From positions 1,044,262 to 1,108,261 of the forward strand of contig JBJCIZ010000744.1 in assembly GCA_051294375.1 (NCBI GenBank): a stretch of 64,000 nucleotides of DNA, in the 5' to 3' direction. The position numbers and the translations under genes are program-made. Each line of letters starts with the position of its first letter. Position 1 is the stretch's first letter. Below are positions 15,286 through 26,959 of the stretch, in pieces. The notes beneath the pieces were generated by a model. That model ran no database searches and was not told the origin of the DNA. It was given only the letters and a program-made list of their open reading frames with translations. Origin of the DNA: Paraspadella gotoi (lineage: Eukaryota > Animalia > Chaetognatha).

Positions 15286-18200
15286 TCAATTCCAGAAAGT
15301 GGGCAACAAGAGTTTGACGAAATTGTCTTTGGTTTCGCTTCGACTCGATTGTGTCTTCATCGATTCTTTGATGGCGGAAATCGTCGTCGCCGTCGAGAAT
15401 TTCCCGAAGCCTTTGAGGAACATCATGGAGACTTTACCGTCGGGATCGAACCCGGGACTTCCTGATCCGGGGGGGGGAGAGAAAAGGGGAAACGGAACAA
15501 TAAATAATCCCGTTTGAAATATTGACGACACAAAACGAATTGAACTCGAGCTTTAATCATTGTCGATTACACGTATAATCAGACATTCAGTTACAAACAA
15601 TTGCTAATTTAACAATGACAGTTTTGATCAGTTACTTATCAGTCATTATGACTGATAAGTAACTGATCAAAACTGAATCGAAAGATATGAGAACACATTT
15701 AAAATGAACCACAATTTACCCTGCCGCAGATAAGGCGCGGAGCTGTATATGACTATCCGCAACTTCTTAACCCTTTTATCAACCATGGAACGGATCCTGG
15801 AATTTACGGCCGTCCTCACGCTTCCAGCAGGATAGGTATCGGGTTAAAATAGAACCCGGTTAATATTGGTTAAGAGGTGATGGCTCCGGGTATCGACTGA
15901 GGGAGCGATGATTAATTTCGAGAGCCTGGGCGATGCCCGCTACAGATTCGGACGGCCAAGCTAACCGCAAATGCGGAACTGATTCGGTCGCCGGGATTGG
16001 TCCTCATTGCGGTACTGACCGGGTCGACTGAACTGGCCCTGAGTTCGTAGAATTGAGACGACGGGATTTCTGACGAGAGATTTGTCGTCGTTGCTCATCA
16101 CGTGACCTCGAAGTTCGATGACCTTTCGTAGGATTTCCTCGCGTTTACTCTTCTTTAAATTCTGTAGCGATGTAACAATTATTTATTATGAATCAATAAT
16201 TTAACGATAATAACGAATGTGCGCCAGTTTAACGGCGTCTTTGAGATTTTTATTATACTTTCCATAAATCAGTTTTCCTAAACTAAAGCCTGCCAAACGA
16301 TTTTCTACTAACACTTTCCTCATCAATTTGTAGAAGCCCTGTTTATTTTTAATTTAACAACAGACCTATAGAAAAAGCGGTGTCAAAACTAGAAAGCATG
16401 TCGTTCACAGGACCATCGGAAGCATCAAAATCTGCAGAACCAGCCGCATCATCAAAACAGGCAGAACCAGCCGCATCATCACAATCTGCAGCACCAGCAG
16501 CATTATCACCTGCAGAGCAGCCTCTTCGATCTCTCCCTTTCCACCGCCGCTGCCGAAGAAAAAGACTGCGTCCCCTTTGACTGCGCTGGGGTTGAGGTGC
16601 TGCTCCAGCGAAGGAGGGAACCGCTTTTCGGCGCCGTGTAGCTCCAGCACTGTCCATCTGACGGATTAAAAGTAGTTTTGAGGTATAGATTAATATTGTA
16701 TTAATTCAGACTCGAAATCAGCTCGTCCCAATGACTTGGAGATCTAGGTACTTGCTTCACAACCGTGAGTACCGGGTTCGCCCCTAATATATGTGTTTTA
16801 TTCGTTTACAACAATTAGTTGAAACATTACATTCAAAAGGGCATACAGCATTACAGATAAATTGTACAGTTTACAATTCAACAAAATATAAATATTTAAA
16901 TTAACAGAACAGGAAAAAAAAAAGAAAACAATTCAGCAATAAGCTGACAAGATATTTAGAATATTGTTTCTAGAGGAAAAAAGCTTGGATTCAAAGTTTT
17001 TTGATCTACAAGCAAAAATTTTGTAGATATCATTATATCCAAATGAGGACCTTAATGATCGTACACTCGTACTAATGGTCACGATGGTTAAAGTGGTACG
17101 GTACCGGGTGGTCACTGCAGTGAAGGTCCAAAGCCCTGATCCCCATCTATCGGGATATGCTTCAGACTCCGGGCATTACAGACGTTCCCTTATTGCTATA
17201 GTATAGCATTTGTAAGAATTAAGTGCTTGTAAATCATATCAAGCTCCTTACTCAACTAATATTAGCTATATCACACCTGGTTACAATGACAACCTTCTGT
17301 CGCGAAGACGGTTTCGCCACCACGGGGTCAACTCAACTTGGCCACTATGTTCAGTGGTCGCTAGGGAAACCAGCTACTGATCTCTCTCTCTTTTTCTCTC
17401 TTTCTTAGCGGCTGCCGTGCATCTCGTTTTTCACTCTATCATGATCTCTCAACAATTGTAAACTTCTCTTTGTATCGCTTCATTATTTGATAATAAATAT
17501 CTCATTATGTCCGCCGCACTTCCTGCTTTAACTTACTTGAGCGTGAAAGTGAGATCCCACAAGACGAGAGCCGAGACTCTCAACACTTCTTCCCTCTCCT
17601 CCTTTCCTCCCTTTCCTCGTCCAGCTCCCTCGGCGAAGATGACGCGGACGAACTCTTGCAGAGAAGATTGAAGCGTCTCCCAATCGGTGGGGCTTTCCGA
17701 AGGAGAGGCGCCGCCGCCGCCGCCAGTAGAGCGGATGCGGCGGAAAAGCTCTTCGACGATGGACCAGTGAGTAAGAAGGTGACGAGGACCGAGACGAAAG
17801 CCCATCCCCAAAAGGGGCAGGCGCGACGGCCTGGTTTTGGGTTAAGGGACAGAAAGGAATGAGAAGAGACATAATAAATTGTTAGGAGTTAGGGGTAGAA
17901 CCGGATCAGGCTGTTACAGGTTGGTAAAGCGCCCCATCCCTGTTAACCGCGAGGCGGCCACCGGGCAAGAACCCCGGACGGCTAAACTAAACGGTTGGTG
18001 GATTTAAGTCTACCATAATTGGTTTATTAACTACGGCATATCTGAGGCACAAAACTCCGAAATCAAACCAAAGATCAACAAATTTAAAAAAACCTTCTTC
18101 AGTCTTTTCGTTTCAATTCTCATTTCCAGATTATCTGAAAAAAAAAACAAAACACAAAATCAAAGAAAAACTCCAAACGACCAACACTTGACTTTCCAGG

Positions 18201-18723
18201 AAACTAAATAAGTGAGTTTAAGTTCCCAATTAAAATGACCAAACTCACCTGGATCCACCCGCCCCGACGTCCGCCGCCAGATACGCCACGCTCTTCCTCT
18301 TCCCCGCCAGCGTCCTCAAAACGGCGCCGGAAATGGACCGAGGTTTCGACGCCGGTAGATCATGAATCGGCGTCGCGCGAACGGACGGCGCCGTTGATGG
18401 AGTCTGAGGGAAACGGCGGTCGGTCGGAGGATCGAGTCGAAGGGACGAATCGTCGACTTCGAGAAATTCGCAAAGAGGAAGTTGACGTTTGAACGGGAGA
18501 TGGTGGAAGGAAGTGACGCAGAGGACGTCGGAAAAGTGGGCGTGGCCGGTGAGGTGACCCGCGGAGGGTAAGGCACTGGGGGGTGAGGGGATTGGGGGGG
18601 CGTGTTGGGAGAGAGGAAGGGAAGAGGAGGAGAAGATAGAGAAAGAGGAGGGGGGAAGGGAAGAGAGTGGAAAAGAAAAAGAAAAGATAATAAAAAGGAA
18701 AAAGAAAAGGAAAGGAGAGAGAA

Positions 18724-18802
<79 letters not shown>

Positions 18803-19935
18803 GGGAAGAGCGTGGAAAGAAAGGGGAAAAAAAGATGAAGAAAATGAGTGAAGCGAAGTCGAAGATGGCGAAAACTTTAATTTTTAATACTAATATATAA
18901 TATATACTCAGCTCCTTGTATTTTGATGCTGGGCGGAGTACAATATAGTATTCCCCGATTTAATACTTGAGGGATTAGTCTTTTCTTACAATTGAAGCAT
19001 TCTTTGAAATATTATACCATTTCATTGATAGAAAAGCCAGGTATTCTAGGAGTGAAAAAATGAGACTGAGAGAGAGTCTTGATTGAAAGCTTGCAGGGAC
19101 CTGCTTTGTCATTATCTTGAAAGAGTGATGGAGGCCTTAAACCACCAAAGCCTGTCCAAAGTCAGGGGCAAGATAGCTTATTTATTAAATGAATGGATGA
19201 TTCTTATATTGGTGGTATTAATTTAATATTAATTTAAATATTTAATTTTGTTACAGTAATATTTTGCAATTACTGTAATAACCTTTCCACCATGATCGAA
19301 GAAAAAACAATCCCGCGGGACAAGACTTGATCCCTGTCAATCTCGCCCCATCGTGACCACTGACCAGCCCCTCACCTGTCTTTAACGAAAATGCTGCGCT
19401 GCTGCCCCGTCGTCGTCATGCATTTCTCGACGTTGATAGAATCGGCGGCGTCGGCCGCTGCGACGCTGATCTCCCCGACGCCGGCTGCGTCGTTCTCCGC
19501 AGCGGCTGCTGCGGCGTCGGAATTGAGGAGAAAGAATTGGAAAGGGAAACCGTCGCAAAGAGGAAAGAGGGAAGGGACGGGACCGAATACGGCGTGGCTG
19601 AGGAGAAGACGTTGCATAATTAATCAATTAATTAATTAATTAATTAATTAACCAAATTGGTAACAACTACACTGCAATGCTTCGTCATCTCGATCTCGCC
19701 CTTGCACTAACCATTTGACTAACCTTTTGACCCACTCCTTTTAACTTACCTCTGACTGACCCGATATTCGGCCAACTGGACGCATCTCTCAGGATCCGCG
19801 GAGACGACGAGGGTCAACAACGTCCCCTCCTCTTCCTCCTCCTCATCCTTGACGAGGCGACGTTGGACGACGACGCTGAAGTGGACGACGACGACCTGAA
19901 AGATGAAATGGGTGTGTGTGAGAGAGAGAGAAAGG

Positions 19936-19968
<33 letters not shown>

Positions 19969-21422
19969 AGACTGACCTGATTACGGATGTAGTTGAGAAC
20001 GATAGATAAGGGCGTGGAGAAGAGGAAGAGGACAAGGAATTCTCCGAGGATTTTAGTCTCGATCTCCACGGAAGTTTCCTGGCATCGCCAGGTCACGCTG
20101 AGGAGACAGAGAGAGAGCGAGACGGTAAGAGTAAAATAATATGAATATTACAATACTTTACATTAACGAGCTAATATGCTAAATATTTTTATAAAGATAC
20201 CCTTTTAACCAAAATAAGAAAATTTTACCAAATACTGCAATATGCAAATGAGATTAAACGGATATAAAAAAAAAAGAACCTGGTATAAAGCCTGGATTGA
20301 TCGACGTCCTCCCAACCGTCGGTGGCGTTGCGATCGTTGGCGCCGGATTTGTTGAGAAGAAGAACTGGACGAGCGGAGGCGGAGTCCAGAGGATAAGGGG
20401 AGAAGAGATTGCGGAGGCGGAGGCGGACGGGGCGGCGAAGGAAAGTAGAGCCGGGGACGATGGAGACGAGCGGGGATGCGACAAAGTCCACGCCTTCGGT
20501 CAGGCCAGCCTTTATGGTTAATAAAAGATATTATTTTATTATATTGAACCTAGGCAATGCCCGACTACATATTTTATTATTATTATTATTTTATATTTTA
20601 TTATATTATTAATAAAAGATATTATTTTGTATTATTTTCATGTGGATTACTCGTCATCCTTCACGAATCATCAGAAAGCCGACGAATCAGAGACTCCGAG
20701 TCTCTCTGTCGATTATTGGTTGGTCGGTCGGTCGGTCTAAAGGATCGACGAAAATCAAGAAAGAACCTTGTTTCAGATAAGCACATAGTCCATACAATAC
20801 AATACATATCCATCAAATCCATGAAAGCTAAACCTCGACTCCAAAAACGACGAATGGCCGACGTCCTTCTCCTTTAACTTACCCCACCCACCCAATCAAC
20901 CCGTCCCCCTTCTCCATTAACTTACCCCACCCCCGTCCCGCCCTCCCCCCCAAAAAAAACTCACCCCCTCCATCGTCTCACAGCTTCGTTCGCCAATTCG
21001 AAAAGATGAATGAATGTCTCTCTCTCCAAACTTCCCTTGGGAATTCGCAGAGTCGCGTTGGAGGTCTTGAGTTCCAGACCCGAGGAGGAGACCACGCCGG
21101 ACGCGTCGTTGAATGCGGGAGCGGCGCCGGGAAATGCGGAGAGGGACGGCGCGGCGCCGCGGAACGGACGGATTGCGGCGCCGGGCTGGAACGAAGGGAG
21201 AGGCGTGGCGACGCCCGAGGGAGACGACGACGAGGTTCCATCGCCGTTGAAGCCGGAAGATTCCGGCGAAGGTAGAAAGGAAGCGGCGTCGGCGGAACTG
21301 TCGGCGTCCGTTTGTCGTTCGGCGTCGGCTTGTCGGCCGGTTTCGGCGTCGGCTTGTCGGCCGGTTTCGGCGTCGGCTTGTCGGCCGGTTGCGGCGCCGG
21401 GGTTTAATTTCGGTTCGGCCAT
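15286..21422 (-). CDS. ZU5 domain protein with probable UPA-like region and C-terminal death-domain-like region
   Basis: GC-rich exons near 21422-20980, 20510-20290, 20100-19977, 19895-19750, 19610-19377, 18575-18250, ~17820-17537, 16657-16510, 16162-~16020, 15462-15286. SSGLELKTSNATLRIPKGSL and VASPLVSIVPGSTFLRRPVRLRL...WEDV are ZU5-like; ALQNLKKSKREEILRKV resembles the end of a death domain. Several exon boundaries are approximate. Confidence 0.6.
16710..17200 (+). mobile_element. Family B LTR remnant split by a ~270-bp insertion (possible 5'-truncated LINE end, minus strand)
   Basis: 16716-16785 matches the LTR-B 5' half (CAGCTCGTCCCA...CCGTGAGTACCGGGTTC) and 17078-17200 matches the 3' half (GGTCCAAAGCCCTGA). 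The insert has a short ORF end followed by AATAAA on the minus strand. Confidence 0.6.
17211..17536 (+). mobile_element. Possible conventional solo LTR
   Basis: Begins TGTAAG, has AATAAA near the 3' end and ends CTTAC; no TSD found. Confidence 0.35.
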
Positions 21423-21722
21423 TTGCGACGAAGAATCGAGAGATCGAGAAAAGGCATGTCTGGCATGTCTATCATGTTTAACATGAGAAACAGTTTCGTT
21501 ATTAAAATGAGGTACATGTGTAAAAAAAACTGTCGCTGCTTGTAAAACTGTCGCTGCTTGTAAAACTGTCGCTGCTTGTAAAAAAACTTTCGTAACGTAA
21601 AATAAATTCCCGCCAAAATAAGCGTATAAAATACGAAACAAACATATATAATGATAAAGCCCTTTTGTTCAAAACAAGAAAGGAATGTTATATACCGATC
21701 ACAACCTTTGTATTATCTAAGG

Positions 21723-21761
<39 letters not shown>

Positions 21762-21886
21762 CATAGCGAAACCGTTTTGGTCAGCGGAAGACGAGAGAGA
21801 GAGTGAATTGAATTGAAAATATAATTGTGAGCTTTAGGCTCGTTTCACAAACTGCCTTTCTAAGAGAGTTCTCTGTGAGAGAGAGT

Positions 21887-21962
<76 letters not shown>

Positions 21963-22094
21963 GAAACTCTTCGTTTTCGGAAAGAGAAAGTGGGAATGAC
22001 TCGTTTCTCCACTGTTTGGCGCTCGTTTCTCTTGACTTTTTCGGTTTCCCAGTCACCGGAGGGGCAGAGAGAGATGAAGAGAGAGAGAGTTCCA

Positions 22095-25000
22095 TTAAAG
22101 CTGAAACAAGGACTTGAGTTGAGCCAGCGTGTCATCGGGTCCGTTGACCGAGTGTCCCGTGGTGGATTCGTCGGCGAAGATCTCGAAATCGTTTCCCCCA
22201 GGTTCAGTTTTATCTCCGAAGAAATGGATCGTGGAAAAGTCTTTCAGGTAGCGGAGACAGTAGCGCTTGTCCCAACCCTGGGGAGAGAGGCGGGCCCACT
22301 TTGTAAACTATGTTCTNNNNNNNNNNNNNNNNNNNNNNNNNCGTCTATAAATCAATCAAAAGATTCATCCATTAATCCACAATTATTTCATTCATACGCC
22401 AAATAGTCCTCCATTACATCGATTCATTCATTTATGGACCCATTTATGGATTAATTCATTCATTGATCCATCCATCCCTCCCTCAATCCATTGATCCATC
22501 CATCCATCCCTCCCTCAATCCATTGATCCATCCATCCATCCCTCCCTCAATCCATCCATCCATCCATTGATCCATCCATCCCTCCCTCAATCCATTGATC
22601 CATCCATCCCTCCCTCAATCCATTGATCAATCCATCCATCCTTCAATCCATTGATCCATCCATCCATCCCTCAATCCATCCATCCCTCCCTCAATCCATT
22701 GATCCATCCATCCATCACTCCTCAATCCATTGATCCATCCATCCATCCCTCCCTCAATCCATTGATCCATCCATTGATCCATCCATCCTCCCTCAATCCA
22801 TTGATCCATCCATCCATCCCTCCTCAATCCATCCATCCCTCCCTCAATCCATCCATCCATCCATCCTCTCAACCTCAGGAAAGACGTCGATTGAGATTTG
22901 TCCCCGATGGCGAACTTGAGTCCCGCGTCGGGGAATTCCTTGTAGAGGGCGTCGACGAACGATTTGCGGATCCCGTGTTCGGCGTCGAAGGCGGCAAACT
23001 CGTCCCGTTCCGTCTTGGTATGTTGTAAATATGTAAATAATATTAGGTAGAGTTACTAATAATACTAATGATAGGGTATTTCGAAAAGCCCACGCCATGA
23101 CTTGGTTACTATGTTGTGCTGTAAGCACGCACGTACTCTCTGTGTCTCTCTCTCTCTCTCCGCACCGCCCTCGTTTCCTCCACTACATTAAATAAGTCGC
23201 GCTCTTTCTAACATATTTTAAAAATATGTTCAAAACTATTTTATTGACTTAACATTAAAAGACTGACCTGAGTGCAGCTTCTCCGACGGGACAGAGATGA
23301 TGAGCCCCGTCCTAAACTCGATAAAGGTCCCCTTTTGGCGGGAAGACGAAGTCGCGACATGTGCTGCATCGCAAGTTGATCAGCGTTACATTTGTCTTCG
23401 CCCAAATGTTGAGGATGGATTGAGAGGCGAGGAGTTAGACCGTTCTGGGAAAGAGGAGAGAGAGAGAGGGAGTCGATTTCGCATTAATTTCGAAGATAGT
23501 TTAGAAGAGGGAGTCAATTTACTTTAATTCGAAGATAGTTTAGAGAGAGGGGAGTCAATTATACTTTAATTCGAAGATAGGTTTAGTGAGAGGGAGTCAC
23601 TTTACTTTAATTCGAAGATAGTTTTAGTGAGAGGAGTCACTTTACTTTAATATGAACATTGTATACTTAAAAAGCAGGGATATTTTCTGATGCCTGGTTT
23701 AATGTTTTCCGATCGTTAAAGCTTCCGTTGCCCCAGATAAACAACAATTCTTAGTTTTCTTGGACAAGATAACCTTCTCTTTTCATTGACTGACACATTT
23801 CTTTGTGGTTGTTCATCGTCTTTATTGTGGGCATAATCGTCGTCGTTGACTTTCTCGTCTTCTATCCATCCCTCCCTCAATCCATCCATCCATCCATCCT
23901 CTCAACCTCAGGAAAGACGTCGATTGAGATTTGTCCCCCGATGGCGAACTTGAGTCCCGCGTCGGGGAATTCCTTGTAGAGGGCGTCGACGAACGACTTG
24001 CGGATCCCGTGTTCGGCGTCGAAGGCGGCAAACTCGTCCCGTTCCGTCTTGGTATGTTGTAAATATGTAACTAATATTAGGTATAGTACTAATAATACTA
24101 ATGATAGGGTATTTCGAAAAGCCCCACGCATGACTTGGTTACTATGTTGTGCTGTAAGCACGCACGCACTCTCTGTCTCTCTCTCCGTCACAGCCTCGTT
24201 TCCTTCGTTTCACTTTCTCCACTACCATTAAATAAGTCGCTCTTTTCTAACATATTTTAAAATATGTTCAACTATTTTATTGACTTAATATTTAAAAAGA
24301 CTGACCTGAGTGCAGCTTCTCCCGACGGGACAGAGATTGATGAGCCCCGTCCTAAACTCGATAAAGGTCCCCCTTTTGGCGGGAAGACGAAGTCGCGACA
24401 TGTGCTTCATCGCAAAGTTGATCAGCGTTTGACATTTGTCTTCGCCCAAATGTTTGAGGATGGATTGAGAGGCGAGGAGTTGACCGTTCTGGGGAAAGAG
24501 GAGAGAGAGAGGGAGTCGATTCACATTAATTCGAAGATAGTTTTAGTGAGAGGGAGTCAATTTACTTTAATTCGAGATAGTTTGAGAGAGGGAGTCAATT
24601 TACTTTAATTCGAAGATAGTTTAGTGAGAGGGGTCACTTTACTTTAATTCGAAGATAGTTTTAGTGAGAGGGAGTCACTTTACTTTAATATGAACATTGT
24701 ATACTTAAAAAGCAGGATATTTTCTGATGCCTGGTTTAATGTTTTCCGATCGTTAAAGCTTCCGTTGCCCCAGTTAAACAACAATTCTTAGTTTTCTTGG
24801 ACAAGATAACCTTCTCTTTTTCATTGACTGACACATTTCTTTGTGGTTGTCATCGTCTTTATTGTGGGCATAATCGTCGTCGTTGACTTTCTCGTCTTCA
24901 TCGTCGTCTTAAGCACCTCATGAGCGACGAGCCCATTCTCCGTGAAGACGAAGTCGTATTTTTCCAAGAGGTCTTCCCCAAGTTGCTCCTTGATTTTGCA

Positions 25001-25098
25001 GAGATCAGATCCGCTGACGACGCCGACGAAGCATTTCTCGCGGAGTCGGGAGAGGCTGGCCTTTGGGAGGGAGGGGGGGGAAGTTAGTTGTGTCGGTT

Positions 25099-25146
<48 letters not shown>

Positions 25147-25298
25147 GCTCTTCCTTCCCTCCCTCCCAGTCTCGCCTTCATTTCGTCCGTGGCGACTTTG
25201 CGCGACGGAGACAGAGTGCCGTCGACGTCGAAGAGACAGATGGAGTTGGGTCGCGTCTCTGTCTCTCGATTCCCCGAGTTTGACTTTTCATTGTTCAT
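22095..25298 (-). CDS. PMM2: Eukaryotic phosphomannomutase (PMM1/2, Sec53 family, HAD fold), 5 exons
   Basis: Exons 25298-25176, 25060-24917, 24488-24306, 24047-23907, 22277-22095. Motifs [75 protein letters not shown]. Intron 1 is GC-AG. Confidence 0.95.
22455..22866. repeat. (CCAT)n-derived compound repeat
   Basis: Directly visible; starts at a PMM donor site. Confidence 0.95.
22836..23860 (-). other. Tandem ~1 kb duplicate of PMM exons 3-4 with indels
   Basis: Near-identical to ~23862-24900, but with scattered 1-bp indels that break the frame. It lies next to a (CCAT)n tract and an N gap, so it is probably an assembly duplicate. Confidence 0.8.
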
Positions 25299-25640
25299 TT
25301 TTTTTTTGGTTTTTGTTTTTTTTTTCAGAGGGACTAGAGAGGAAGACTCTGTCAAATTCCGACAAATCATAAACAAATCATTAACAAAACAAAAAAATAA
25401 TAACATTGATTTTTCAAAACAAACTTTCCGGAAAACAAAGAAAAAGTTGGATTATTATTTTTTTGTTTTTCTTCCTTTAATTTAGTTTTAACGATGACGA
25501 ATAGATGATCATAAAAAGTTTTGAAAAATATGTGACAGATCTTTGCTTGCGCTTTCGTATTAAGCTTGTTCGAAAGAAGTTAAATTGGTAGGCAAATAAA
25601 AAAAAATGGAGTAAAGAGGAATTATTAAATACTTTTATAT

Positions 25641-26141
25641 TATGAAATTGGCACAACCAATATAAAAATTATCCATTCATTTAATAAATAAGCTATCTTG
25701 CCCCCGACTTTGGACAGGCTTTAGTGGTTTTAAGGCCTCGGTCACTCTTACAAGATAATGACATAGCATGTCCCTGAAAGCTTTCAATCAAGAATCTCAC
25801 AGTCTCGTTTATTCATTCCCAGAATACCTGGCTTCCCTAGAAATGATATCAATGATATCAATTATATATTATATCTAATACTTAAGGGAGTGGTCTTTTC
25901 ATACAATTGAAACATTCTTTGAAATATTTTCCACTTCATTAATAGGGAAGCCAGGTACTCTGGGAGTGAATAAACGGGACTGTGAGAGAGTCTTGTTTGA
26001 AAGCTTGCAGGGACCTGCTATGCCATTATCTTCTAAGAGAGATGGAGGCCTTAAACCACCAAAGCCTGTCCAAAGTCAGGGGCAAGATAGCTTATTTATT
26101 AAATGAATGGATAATTTTTATATTGGTTGTACCAATTTCAT
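25641..26141. mobile_element. Foldback MITE with ~200-bp TIRs; fragments at ~1617, 4817, 7330, 18960-19220, 31735, 33285, 33822
   Basis: TATGAAATTGG.ACAACCAATATAAAAATTATCC...GGCTTCCCT is mirrored by AGGGAAGCC...GGATAATTTTTATATTGGTTGTACCAATTTCATA. Confidence 0.85.
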
Positions 26142-26959
26142 ATCAAGGTGGCGATGATGATGAAGATGATGATACGGATAACTTTGGTGGTAAATCTTTT
26201 GTCCCAAAATCCAAAAAATCCTTTCCAAGATGCGAGGGATGGGAGGGGGATAGAGAAAAAACCTGACTCTGACCTGAAATATTTTTCTTTCTCCTTCTCG
26301 CTGTGACTCGTCTTATGTAATAATATCATCATCGCGACTTAAGTCTTAATCATCGAAGATCGATCCATCCATCCATCCATCCATTTATCGATCGGAAAAG
26401 TCGAAAAAAAAAAACAAAAGGCGAAAATCGCTCGAATTTTAAATTTTGTTTCGGAGGAATTAGGAAATATTTTTGGTTTTCTCTTTAAAACATAAATCTG
26501 CAAAGGAGAAAAAAAAAATTAACATATAAACGAACGACGGGAAAATTTAAACATTTTTTTTTAAATGAAGGACGAGAGAGAAAAGCGTCAACAAAGAATA
26601 AATTTATTTTTTTCATTTAAAAACGAGAAGTGAACAAGTTTTTTTTTTCCGAGTCAAAAAATAATAATTAAAAAAAAAACTGGATATAAATGATGATGCG
26701 AATGACAATCGTCGTGGTCGTCGTCGTGGTCGTCGTGTTCGGCGAAAAAGGATGATGCCGGCGAATGAACGAGTCCGAAGCCGACGAAGCGATCCAAATA
26801 TCTAACGTGAGAATCCGAGGAAAGTACGGCCCAGACGTCGCCGGATCTCTGGTCTATAACGCTGCCCCGACTTGGCCAAATGTCCACTTTGAACGTCGAC
26901 TCGAGAGAGACACAGTTTGTTTCCTCCGAGGTCTTCTTTCCTTTTCCTCTTCCTCCTCC

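Noticed and set aside
22836-24900. PMM exon 3-4 duplication as mutually exclusive exons
   Set aside because: One copy has scattered single-base indels typical of noisy gap filling and sits by a microsatellite and an N gap; probably an assembly artefact.
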